From Neovahlkampfia damariscottae (Eukaryota), in NCBI GenBank assembly GCA_016618085.1, contig JABLTG010000154.1, forward strand, positions 1 through 45,446: a stretch of DNA of 45,446 nucleotides, read 5' to 3'. The translations under genes were made by a program, and so were the position numbers. Each line of letters begins with the position of its first letter. Position 1 is the stretch's first letter. Below, one piece after another: positions 10,252-23,000 of the stretch. The notes beneath the pieces were generated by a model, which was not told the DNA's origin, did not search any database, and saw only the letters and a program-made list of their open reading frames with translations.

Positions 10252-13192
10252 TTATTCTTCTTCTTCACTTAATGAATGACAATCATCTATATCATCATCA
10301 CTGTTAATAATAGTTGAATCATTCATGTTTAAATATTTGTTCAAATCTAAATTCTCTTTCGTGAATCGTTTTTGGAATGTTGAATGAAATTTTGGTAAAT
10401 TAACATTTTTGGAAGGTGATCTCATCAATGATTGTCTAATTAAAGTTTAAATTTATAATAACTTACACATAAACTGTTTTCATATTTAATGTTTCTTCAT
10501 CAGATGATATTGATCCATTTGTTAAAAAACTTTGATCTTTTTCTGAACTCAAATTTTCATGGTTTAATGTTTCATCATCATCATTTCCATCTTCACTGAA
10601 TAAAAAATTAGAAAAAAAGAAATTACTCTTCTGCTTCATCATCAATATAACCAATTTTTTGTTTCATTATTCTATTTACAGGTTGAATTGGACTTATTGG
10701 ATCATCATCAAGACTTTGATTTATTGATACAGTTAAATCACTATTTGAAGTTGTATTTTCACCAAATAGATCATGATACTTATCTAAATGTAAATCTAAT
10801 TCATTTTTTGTATTGAATGACAATGTATTCTTTTGTTCATCTAAACATCCAAATAAACAATTAAAAGTATCAGATGATGTATCCACATTTTGAGGTGAAC
10901 ACTTAAGTTCAACTTTTTTTGATTCTATTTTTTTTTGTTTATTCATTGAATAATAATACATTATTTTATTCCCAAATGAATCACACCCAAATATTGAATT
11001 GAATTTTCTCTTTTTTTCAAAATTTGAATTGAAAACATTTTTAAAGAATTCATCATCATTTGATTCTTTTTGAATGTTTTGAATTGTGTTTATTTCATCA
11101 TCCTCATCACTTTGAAATGAAATAGATTTTTTAGGTGATGGCACTAAAAGATCATTAAATGTATCATTATTATCATTGTTTTGTGGAGGCATTGGATCAA
11201 AATCATCTTCTATAAATTCTTGATCCATTGACTTTTTTAAATCTATTTGTTCATGTTTTGATTCATTCCAAAAATCATTTGAAATATTTTTATTTAAAAT
11301 TAAGTTATCAAAATTAAATTTCAAATCATTAGGTAAATTTAAGTCAAATTTTGAGTTCCAAAAATTAAATTTAAATTTTTTTAAATTTTTAAATGAATCA
11401 TCTCTTTTTTCTAAATTTGAAATAATTCTCTTTTCTTCATTTGTTTGTTTCATTGATAGAAATAAACATTCACCTGATTTATTATTTCTACCTGTTCTAC
11501 CCATTCTTTGAATAATTCTAGTCATTGAAATGGATGAATCAAAACAAATAATTAAATTTATATCTTTTATATCTAAACCTTCTTCACCAACACAAGTTGA
11601 AATTAAACAATTAAATTTATTTGTATCATTAAATAATTTTAAATTTTTAATTTGTTCTTTTTGATTTTGACCTTTTGATGTTGATGATTTTTGTTGTCCA
11701 ATTAATTTTAATAATTTTATTTTTTTATTTTCTTGATTTAAAAATTTAAATATATTTTCTATAGATTCTCTTATTGAAGTAAAAATTAATATTTTTGAAT
11801 TTATATTTTCATTTAATTCATTTTCAATAATTTCATTTAATTTTTTTAATTTTGGATGTACTGAATCATTTTCATCATTTTTTAAAATATTAAAATAATT
11901 CTTCATTTCAATCCATTCATACTTTTTTAAAAATATTCTTTTTGGATTTGATGTTAATGACTTCTTTTCAAAATCTTTTATTTTTGATTCAAATTCATTT
12001 AAACCAAAATATAAAAATGAATTTAAAATATGATATAATGATATTCCAATACCTAATATACCACTCTTTGATGAATCATTATAATATTTCTTTGCTAATT
12101 GAAGTAATGTTTCTATATTTATATCAATCACATTACTACTATGTATTAATTTATCTCTATATAATTGATTTAAACATATTTTTATTAAATTTTCAATAAT
12201 AATTTTCATTTTTAAATATGAATTTGAAAATTCAATTGATATTATTTTTGTTGAAATATTATTGGTTCCCGCTATTTCATCCTTTTCATTTAATGTTTCT
12301 ATTTTTGATATTTTTAAATTTTTAATAATATCATTCATTTGATAGAAATCTTTACCAGGTGTTGCAGTTAATCCAATTATTCTTAAATTATTATATTCTT
12401 TTTGAATTGACAATTTTGAAATTATTTTACAATATGAATATTGTTTAGTCGCATGATGACATTCATCAAAACAAATAAATATAATTTCATTTTTCAATTC
12501 TTCATTTAAATCATTTTCTAAAATATGTGGTGTCATAAAAAATATTGAATTCTTTTTCCATTCTAATTTTCTTTTTAAAATAATATTCTTTTCTTTTTCT
12601 TCTTCAATCATTGAATTAGTGGTTTCACTTCCAGTAAATAATATTAATTTTTCTTTTGGAAAATTAAAATCTTTTAAAAAATTATTATAATGTTGTACAA
12701 TTAATGGTTTAGTTGGTGCTAAAAATATACATTTCTTATTTGGATACCATAAATGAAAATTAATTAAATTCTATATTTAGTGTCAAATGAATTTAGTTTA
12801 TTTACTATAAATCCAATTAATGTTTTACCAAATCCTGTTGGTAAACATATTAAAGTATTATAAAATAATGATGTTTTTAATATTTCATATTGATACTTTC
12901 TCAAAGGAAAGTTAGATGGATATATTATATTTTTGATATTCTCTTTGGAATACTTTGGTATTAATTTTAATATTTCTAAATCATTCTTTGTACTTTCTTC
13001 TTCTAATTTATTTAAAATATCATGTACTTCTTCATCATCATCGTCTTCTTCTTGTTCAATTATTATTCTATTTTGAATTTTTGATTTTTCTTTATTTAAA
13101 AAAGATACTTTAATCATTTGTTCTTTTTTTTCTTCTTGTTTTTCATCCATTGGAAAAGAAGTGAAAAGTTTGCCTAACTTTTTTCTTTTCAT
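10252..13192 (-). CDS. FANCM: FANCM/Mph1-family SF2 DNA helicase, 3 introns
   Basis: YPSNFPLRKYQ, NTLICLPTGFGKT, FLAPTKPLI, FDECHHA, IGLTATPG, STCVGEEGLDI, QRMGRTGR; C-terminal YIDDEAEESE. Spliced stop at 10252. Confidence 0.92.
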
Positions 13193-13271
13193 TGTTTGAT
13201 TGGAAAATGATTTGATTGGTTCGGAAAATAAACAACAGTTTGGTGTTTTACCTAATTACTTCGGAGTCTTA

Positions 13272-15764
13272 TTAAACTTTATTACGTATTTTAATTTTAT
13301 GATTTGATTTTAATTGAATATCAAAATTTGAAGGATTAATTTCAATTGCAGAAGACATAATTAAAATATAAGGAGATTCATTTCTATCTAACTCACATGT
13401 AAATACACCTTTTGAATTATAAAATTCTTTTCCTTTTGAAGGCCAAATTAAAAAATGAGGTTCTTTTAAATATTTTCCTTTTAAAAATTTATCTTTAAAT
13501 GAATTCTTTAATAAATAAGGAAAGAATGGTATTTTATCATCTTCAACTTTAATAGTTAATGTTAATTGTATTTTATTAATAGATTCAGAATTATCATCAA
13601 ATTCTAAATAATAATATGGATTAGCTAATGAATAGACCAATTAAAAATATAATTTATAAATTACTATTAAATAAATCTAATCTCCAATGTGGACCCCATG
13701 AATTTTCAGACCAAAAAGATAAAATATTTTCAAAATGATATAATTCTTTTTTTAAAACTTCTTTAAATTCACATTCTCTTGAAGAATAACATGTAATTTC
13801 AAATTTATCTTCTCTATCTTGATAAAAATGAGAAGGTATAATAATATAAGGATATTCTGATGAATATAATGTAATTTCAACTGTATCTCTATATAATTTT
13901 TTTAAAGATGATTTAGCTAAACAACCATCTTCTGTAGGTAATGATATTAATGGATCATTTGATTTATTTTTAAATATATAAATACAAATACCACTTAAAT
14001 TATCATCTTTTTCATTTGGTTCATTTTCTAATTTAATACCAATATATATTCTAGTTGGTCCTATTTTAGGTACTATTAATTGATATTGTGGATTCTTAAA
14101 AAATGTATCAATAAATCTAATATGTCCACCACAATTATCATATTTTAATGACCATTCACCTTTTAATGTTTTACAAAATGAATCACATGGTATTCTACAT
14201 AAATATAAATATTTAAATTGTTCATAATAATCATCCATATTCATCCAAAATTGACCATCATCTGAATTCTCATAATTTAATTTCTTTTTTAATGAATCTG
14301 TCCAATTTATTTTATCTTCATCTGAAAAATCACCATTCCATTCAAATCTACCCCACTTTTTAATTTTAATTTTAATAAATTTTTTTTACAGGATTTCTTA
14401 ATTTTATTAATTGATGACCATCTACTTCTTGTACATTTAATATTGAATAACTATTATTAAAAATATTTAATTGATTCAAAAATATTAAAATACGCATGTT
14501 GAGGTACAATTCCTAATTTATTTGGTTTTGGTGTTGATGCAAAATCAAGATCAAATTCAGTTGATGTTGCTAATAATGCGAAGTTATTTTTCCATTTTAA
14601 TAAATCATTAAATATTTCTTTTCTTCTTTTTTTATTTTTTTCATTATATCTTTTATCTTCTCTTAAATTTAAAATATCACCAAAACCACCTGTTAATTGT
14701 TCCATTGCTTCTCTCATTGAACCACTTTCAATATTTTTATAATTTCCTTTAAATTTTGAATATCCTTTTTCAATTAAACTAACCCAATTCTCATGAATAC
14801 TTTCGGAATGTCCAAATATAACTTTACCTTTTTTATTAACAGGTAAATAATCATCAATTAAAATAGATTCCCATTTACCAGAAATAAATAATTTAATTTC
14901 ATAAATACCATTTGGTGAATATCTTTGTGGTCTTATTAAATTTCTAACTAATCTTGGTTGTGTTGATAATACTCCTAATGCACCTAATAAATAACAATCT
15001 CCAATTTCACCTTGTCTAATATCATCTGGATCAATACCACCAATAAATACTAAAAATATTAAAGTAAATAATAATTACCATCAGCTGTTAATTTTTTAGT
15101 TTCTGCTATTTTTGATATTCTATCCCATCTACTAAATGTTAATCTTTGCATAAACTTTTTATCATTTCCACATATTACTATAATTATGTTAAAATGTTCT
15201 TAAATGAAATAAATACTTTTTGGATCAAATATTGAAAATTCATCATCTTCAAATTGTATATCTCTTAATATTAATTCTTTTAATAATAATCCAAATGAAT
15301 CTAATGGAAAATAATATATATCAAATATAAATATTTTTCTATCATCTTCTTGTCCATCTTTTGTTTTTAATTTAGCTCCAATTTGAATTGGATTCAATTT
15401 TTGTAAATGTTTGATTTTTATTTCATTCTATTTAAATTAATAGATTTGTATTTTCTACTAGCTTACTTCACCAATCTTTTGTTCATCATTATAAAAATGA
15501 AACTCAATTTTATCTTTTTCTCTTTCAACATCAAAATAAAATTCTTGATTAAATTCAATGAAATAACTCTCTTCTTCTTGTTCATTCTTTATTAATTTTG
15601 AAACTGATATTGATTTCTCTTTTTTATTGTTCACTTTTTTATGTTTAAAAAATATACAAGTAAAAAGATTTACCAACTACATTACAATAACAATTAAATA
15701 TATCTCCTTCTTTAAAGAATTTATGAGCTGATACTAATCCAACTTTTACAAAACCTTTAGTCAT
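13272..15764 (-). CDS. Calpain-family cysteine protease (possible N-terminal C2-like region, CysPc, two domain-III/CBSW repeats), 7 introns
   Basis: Spliced DIRQGEIGDCYLL (catalytic Cys), IDDYLP, WVSLIEKGYSK, HAYSILNV, IKLRNPWGRFEWNGDFSD (His/Asn), KGEWS...GG...NPQY. Confidence 0.9.
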
Positions 15765-15811
15765 TTGTTCAAAATAGAATATAATTGGTCAATAATATTT
15801 GAGAATAAAAT

Positions 15812-17667
15812 TTATTTTTTTTGAGCAACTTCCATCATTGAAGCAACAAAAGTCATAATCATTTTTGGTTTAACTTCAACAATATCTTCCCATAATAAAA
15901 AGACAGTTGCATTTAATTTTCTAGCAACACTAATTGCATATTTTGCATTCTTTTCAGCATCTTCAGGTGATTCACCTGGTGTAATAAAATCTTTGTTTAC
16001 AGCATCTGGTTTTACAGCAGCACATAATTCACAAAGAAAAACACCTGAACCAATTGATTTATCTTTGAAACTATCAATTTTTGTACCATTAACTAAACCA
16101 TTTGCCCATTCAATAATATCATTATCAGTAATTTCTTTACCATCACCTGAAAGGCCAGCCAAAATATTAACAATATTTTTACGCATTAATTGCCAAACTA
16201 TATAAATATTTTTTTAATATTTTTTTTTGTTTTTATTTTACCAATTGCAAGTATAATTTTTTTATTTCCTTCCATAATATCATTTGCACCCATGTTTACA
16301 GTTGATAATTTTAATGTTTTTGCATTATCAATTACTTTTTTATTATTTTCTAACATATGAAATGAAAGTTTTGGTGGATCATTAACTTTTTTCCATTCAA
16401 CAATACCTGGTTGAATTTTATCTTCAACTTTTAAGAGAACAACACCATTCTTTAAATCATCAAATAAATTGTTACAATCAATTCCCATAGATTGAATCCA
16501 AAATCTAAATGCTCTTTCTTCTCTTGTACCTTCTTCATCAAAGTCTAAAAGTTCAGCAAAATCTGAAGTATCAACCATTTCAAGATTTGGATAGGTATTA
16601 AATAAATTAGCAACAAAAGCCAAATTTAATTTTGGATTTGGTTTAACAATTGTTTTTGGTGAAACAAATTTAGCAACTTCACATTTTTCAGCTTCTTTTA
16701 ACATTGCAGCAGCACGTTTTTCTGGATCAGATTCATTTAATGGATCTTTTGATGCTTTTCCTTTTGTAATTGTATTTAAAACTAAAGTATAACATTCAGA
16801 GTCTTTAATATCATCTGTAAATCCTTTAACTCTTCTATCTGAACCTGCTTTATTTAATTGATAATTAAACCATCTTCTTAAAATTTCTTCTGGATTCTTT
16901 TTTAACATATCTGCAACTGTTTCTCCTTCTTCCATTAATACAATTAATTCAGGATGATCTTTTAATGAAATTTCAGCTAATAAACCAACTTTAATAATTT
17001 GCCAAACAATTCCAAGTACAATATGTGGTGTACCTTCAATAATATCATTAGCACCAATATTAACTGTTGAAACACCAATTCCAGTTGCTGAATTAACACA
17101 AAGTGTACAATTTTCACTCTTTTCCCATGGATTTAATTTTTTCTTTTTTGATGAAATTTTGTTAATAACACGTTCATCAATAGTATCACTTTTACTTGAA
17201 TTAATTAATTTACATAAAAGAATTCCATCTTTTACAGCTTCAAATAAATCAGTACCTGCTTCAAGTGGAAGAACATGATTAACATCTTCATCTGAACTTA
17301 AAACACTATTGATATGATCAACAAAAGCATCGGTTTCTTCTTCGGAAAATGAATGTGTTCCTGTACTTGTAACGTTTTGAAATACTTTTTTTTGGTTCAT
17401 TGTTTTTCCAAGTTGTGTTGTTCCTCCAGTGGATGATTTTGCATCTTTAACCATTTCAATCCATTCGTCCATGTCGATTTCGCCATCTCTATTTTTATCG
17501 CATTCTTGAATCATTTCTTCAACTTTTTCATCGGAAAGTTTGAGTCCCATTTGTTTGAAAGCTTCTTTTAATTCAGAAGATGAAATTTTTCCACTTCCAT
17601 CTTTATCAAAACGTTTGAAAATTGTTTTGATTTCAAGCATTTCTCCTTTGGATCTTGGTGACATCAT
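15812..17667 (-). CDS. Fimbrin/plastin (2 EF hands + 4 CH domains), 1 coding intron
   Basis: FDKDGSGKISSSEL and CDKNRDGEIDMDEW EF hands; THSFSEEE, DGILLCKLIN, PKLNLAFVANLFN, GTREERAFRFW, EDIVEVKPKMIMTFVASMM. Confidence 0.96.
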
Positions 17668-17857
17668 TTTTACTAACATGAAGATATTAATAATTGTGAA
17701 AAGTTTTACCTTCGGGTTGTTAACTTTCGTGGTATGTAAAAAATAATCGATTTTGATTGGATCAAAAAAATTATCCAATAAAAATAAAAGAATGAACGTG
17801 ATGGACCAATTGAAAATCATCAAAAAAAAATAAAATAAAAATATCCAATTTTTTTAT

Positions 17858-18223
17858 TTAACTATAATTTGAATTTTTCAAGTTTTCTTCCAACTCAGAT
17901 AGAGATTCATTCAATTTTATATTCATAATCTTCAACAAATTCTCTCCTTCTTTTATTTTTGAACCTAATTCTTGTTTTCTTTCCAAATTTAATTTATTTG
18001 TATTTTCAAAATTATAAAATAAATAATTTTCTTTCAATTCTGAAGTCAAAGATAATAAATTTTCAGCTGAAGAAACTAACGAACATGAATTTACATTTAA
18101 TTGAAGACCTTCTCTCAAACTTTGAGTTTTATCGTTCGTTATTTTAGAACTATTTAAGATGGATTGAAAATTTTCAATGATTTTGTTTATTTCTCTGTCC
18201 AATAACTGTTGTTTTAATTCCAT
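17858..18223 (-). CDS. MED22: Mediator subunit 22-like
   Basis: LLDREINKIIENFQSILNSSK...SLVSSAENLLSLTSELKENYLFYNFE resembles the Med22 helical hairpin. ATG at 18223. Confidence 0.75.
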   Translation of the reverse strand: MELKQQLLDREINKIIENFQSILNSSKITNDKTQSLREGLQLNVNSCSLVSSAENLLSLTSELKENYLFYNFENTNKLNLERKQELGSKIKEGENLLKIMNIKLNESLSELEENLKNSNYS

Positions 18224-18274
18224 TTTATTGGTTGAATAGTTCCACAAATCAAGTTTTCATTTTTATTAACAAAC

Positions 18275-18885
18275 ATGTCCAAATATCAAATTGATGAAAA
18301 GAATCATTTATATCCTTTTTGTATTGTTTGGAGTCCAATACCTGTAGTAGTAAGAGAAAATAAAAATTACTCATACATTTAGACCTGGTGTTTACCATTT
18401 ATTGGTCACATGGGCATTTGTAATTCTAAAGGAGAGTATTTATTATTTTATTCATTCATTTTAGAATTCATGATTTTGCCATTCCTTATGAAATTACTGT
18501 AAATGAATTTGCTTTTGGAAATCCAACAAAATATTTACAATTAGATCCAAAGAAAATTATTAAAAGAGAAAAAAATTCCATTAAAAGTTATGAAGAAATT
18601 TGGGATGAGAGTATAGAAAGAGTCAAAGATCAGTATTCAAATCACTTTTATAATTTCTTTGGAGATAACTGTCATAATTTTGTAGCAAAATGTTTGGATG
18701 AAATGAATTATGATAATAGAATGAATTATTATATTGTAGAATTGGGTTGGAAATTATTCTTTTCAAAGAGTTTTGTTGGAGGAAGATCAGGTCAAATCAA
18801 AACATTTTTGGGATTTTTTATCATGGCATTGATCACAATTGTGTATTTGATATTAATAAAATTCATGATATTGAATAAACTTTAA
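18275..18885 (+). CDS. TMEM222: TMEM222/RTE1-like protein, 2 introns
   Basis: Spliced YPFCIVWSPIPVV|TWCLPFIGHMGICNSKG|IHDFA...FAFGNPTKYLQL...YNFFGDNCHNFVA, followed by a C-terminal TM segment. Confidence 0.9.
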
Positions 18886-18889
18886 ATGA

Positions 18890-19924
18890 TTATTCAAATA
18901 TCAAATTGAATTTATTTCTCTTTAAAAATATTTCATCCATTTTATTATTTTTGAATATCAAAAAGTAATTATTGAATTCAAGAGATTTTCTTTTTCTTTT
19001 TGAATTTAAACATTTTGAATTCAAAGAATATACTTTAGATTCATACATAAATAAGTAATATACATCATTGATATCATCATTGATATCATCTAAAAATAGA
19101 TTATCCACTGGCCAATTACATTTTAATTTATTCATTTTTTGACAAAGTGGAAAATAAATTAAACAATCTTTTTGAATATCAATAGATAATCCTTTTGATT
19201 GTGTATGAAAATAATTATCATTTCTTTTACTCCAAAATGTACAAATATTACCTGATTTTAAAATATTTACTCCATCAATTTCATTTAAAAATATAGTTTT
19301 ATATTTATTTAATACTAAAATATTTGATGATTTACTTCTTCTTAAATGATCAGTCAAATCAGGATATTCTTTCTCTAATTCAAATTTGGTATATATTTCT
19401 TTTCCATAAATTAATGCCAATGTTTGACCTAATCTAAAAGCAATAAACTTTACATCTTCAATAGTTAATGATATATTTGAAAAATCTATTTTTTGAAGAG
19501 TGAGAATTCTATTCTTTAAATCAAATGATTTTAATGATTTTATAATTTCATCTCTACATTCTTTCTTTCGGAGTATTATAAATCTTGAAATATATAAATA
19601 AGATTATATTTACAATGATAAAATAGTGGATGATACTTTTAAAGGTACAATCCTTTGCATTAAATTTAATTTTGGAAAAGTATATTTCTGTTGATGTAAT
19701 TGAATAGTATTAAATAAAGCATTATTAGTTTCATCTATTATACCTTTATATGAAAATACAACATAATTATTTTGTATCACAATGATATTTACATCTTCTT
19801 TTTTTTCTTTACAAAAATTCAAACATTCTTGATGACTAGGTATTTCTTGAAACAGATAAACAATATCTTTATCAAGTGAGTTTTCACTACCATGTTGAAA
19901 ATAAGGTATATCTAATGATGACAT
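18890..19924 (-). CDS. Putative pol-beta-superfamily nucleotidyltransferase-like protein, 1 intron (19584-19613)
   Basis: N-terminal hGS...DxD motif (QHGSENSLDKDIVY); spliced continuation YKGIIDETNNALF...AFRLGQTLALIYGKEIYTK. The intron joins the two ORFs in frame. Confidence 0.6.
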
Positions 19925-20080
19925 TCAACAAGAAACAAAAGTATGAGCTGATTGGATTATTTTCTCATTTTACTAAAATATATGTTTTTGAACTGAACTC
20001 AAAATTATTTACATTCTTTTTAAAAATATTTTTCAATTTAATTCTAGTTAATTCCTATTGGATAATATTCTCTTTCTAAA

Positions 20081-23000
20081 ATGTTAACTTCAGACAAAGA
20101 AGAGATTGATAATCCAATATCAATCAACAAATCTAGTAATGTTGACTTTACTGGAGAAGAAGAAGAAGGATTAAAAACAAAAGAAGAGAAAAAAAAAGAT
20201 TTTTATAGTAAAAGAAAGAGTTCAAAAAGAAGAATATTCATTCCAAAATTAGAATCAACAGATGATGAATTATTATCTTTAAATTTAAGAACATCTAAAC
20301 CACCACCTGATACTTCAGTTCCAAGACAAGCACCTAAAACAGTTTTACCTGGTGTTGGAGGTACTACTGTTATTCAAGGACAAACTAAAGAAGTATTATC
20401 ACCAATAGTAGGTGGAAATAATGAAAATAGAGAGTAATTTAATTTTAAAATAACTAAAATTTATTTCAAAAAAAAGAAGAAGTACTAGTAATGTTCAAGA
20501 TCGAATTAAACTTTCAATAAGTAAACTTGAAATATATTCAAATATTATTGGAATATCTTCAATAATATTTTTAATCATTTTATTTTTTGGAAGTATTTTA
20601 AGAGTTAGTTATATATCATTATTATATTATTTTTTTTTTATGTTTAATTTTATTATACCAAATGATATTTTAATATTAAATATTAAATTTACACCTAGAT
20701 TTATAATATATTTTCCAATAATGATAATATCATTTTTATTTTTAATTACACAATTTTCATTTCAAATTATATTTGAAGTATATCCATTAGATTGGTATAA
20801 TTCAAATGAAGAATTAAGAAATATATTATTTGATTTTGGTATATTTAGATTTAAAGATGAAAAATATTATAATATAATATTAGGATTTATACCTGATTTA
20901 TTAATATTTATATCAAGTATTTTAATATTTATATTATTTATTTTAAGAAGAATTTATAATTCAAAAAATAAAATAAATGAAAAAGAAAAAATAAAAAGAA
21001 TGAATGAAAAAAAGAATTATAATTATTTAAATATATTTAAACAACATTTTATTTATATTGGATATTTTATTGCAGCATCATCACATCCAAGTATATTTAC
21101 AAGTGTTTATTTTATTTTTTATTTTTTAACTTTAATTATTTGGTCATTTTCAAATTTAGTTAGAAATAAATTTAAATCATTTCCAAAATTTCCAATTATT
21201 TTAATTTTATTATTTTGGTTAATTATTTCATTTTATACTTTTATTTCTTTAACTTTTATTAATTTATCAAGATTTAGATATTTTTATTTTTTAAGAATTA
21301 ATATTGATGATTTTAGTAATCAAATATCATTTTGGGGTAAATTTATTGGATTCTTTGATTTAAATGAAATATTTTTAAAAACTAATGAATATCAAATATT
21401 ATTTTTAATTTCATCTTTATTTTATATTTATATTTCAACTTTTATTATTTTAAATCAAGTTTATACTCAATATAAAATAAATAGATATTCATTAAATAAT
21501 GATATACTTACATCATCATCTTCATCATCATTCTTACAATTATTAAAATATTTACCATGGATTAAATGGATTATTAATGAATCACCAAAATTAGTATTAT
21601 TTCCATTTTTATTATTTTCAGTTTTATTTCCATCTTTAACTTCAATGTATTATTTAATTTTAGTTTGTTTTGGTATTTTAACTGAAACATCAATATTAAG
21701 ATTATTTATGCCATTCACTTTATTATATTCATTTTTAATTGGTTCAACACAATTTACTGCACAAATACCAGGTGTATTTAATAGTGGTATTAAACCATTT
21801 TCAGATGAAGAATTATATTTAATTAGATTTGGTTTTTCAAAAATACAATATCCATTTACTTTAATATCTGGTCAATGTTTAATTGCATATTTCTCTGCAA
21901 TTGCACTATTTGATTTTGAAACTATAATGAATAGTATATTTGGATATAATATGAGTGGTGGTGGTATTGGTGGTACTAATGGTGGTGGTACTACTGGATT
22001 TGGTATTGGTGGTACTAATGGTAAATATAAATTAAACAAGATTAAAAGACAATTAACACCATCCAAATGGGTACAAATTTGGAATATTACCACAGAAATA
22101 TTATCCATTTTACAAAATATATTCATTTATGGATTAAGTGTTATATTTTCACAATCCTATTATTTAACATTAGGTATTGTATATATTGCATGTTTATATC
22201 CAAATTATGCAGATTTATTACATTTATTTTATTTAGTATTCTTTATTTTGTTATTTGTATTTCCATCAATTGTTAAATCATTTTGGGTATATTTAGTAAT
22301 TTATTCTGAAATAGTTACTATATCATTATATTTCTTTAATATTATATCAACACAAACTAATAGAGGGGATATTTATAAATTTATTGGATTAATTAGATTT
22401 GGAAATGATTATAATGGATTTGATTTATTTATTGGAATTATTTGGCATATATTTATATTAGTATTCTCTGGTATACAATTATATGTATTAAGATCAGAAT
22501 TATCTGAAACAGATTCAACAACATTACAAAAAGTACATAAAGGTTTAAATAAATTAATTGGAAAAGAGAAAATTGATTTAATTTTAATTATTTTAAATTA
22601 TTTATTTGATTTAATTCAAGAATTTATAACTTATTATTTCTTAGTTTGTTGTTTAGTAATTATGAGTTTATTTGTTATTTTAGATGAAAATGTAAATTTA
22701 ATTTATTTATCTTTTATTATTATTGTTCAAATTTGTATCTTTTTAAGTGTAATTAAACAACATAATTCATGGAAATTAATTAATATATTTTGGTTCTCTG
22801 TTGTTGTTTGGTCTGGTTTAGTTTTCTTTTTAATTTATATTTATCAATTTAATTTTGTACATGAATTTTTTGAATTAAATTTTGATAATTCATCTTATAA
22901 TCCAAGTAATTGTTTATATTTGTAATGTACTAAACTATCTCTCTTTTTTTTAGCATTAATTAATATGAAAGAAATTGGTTTTATTGTTTTTGAAAATAAA

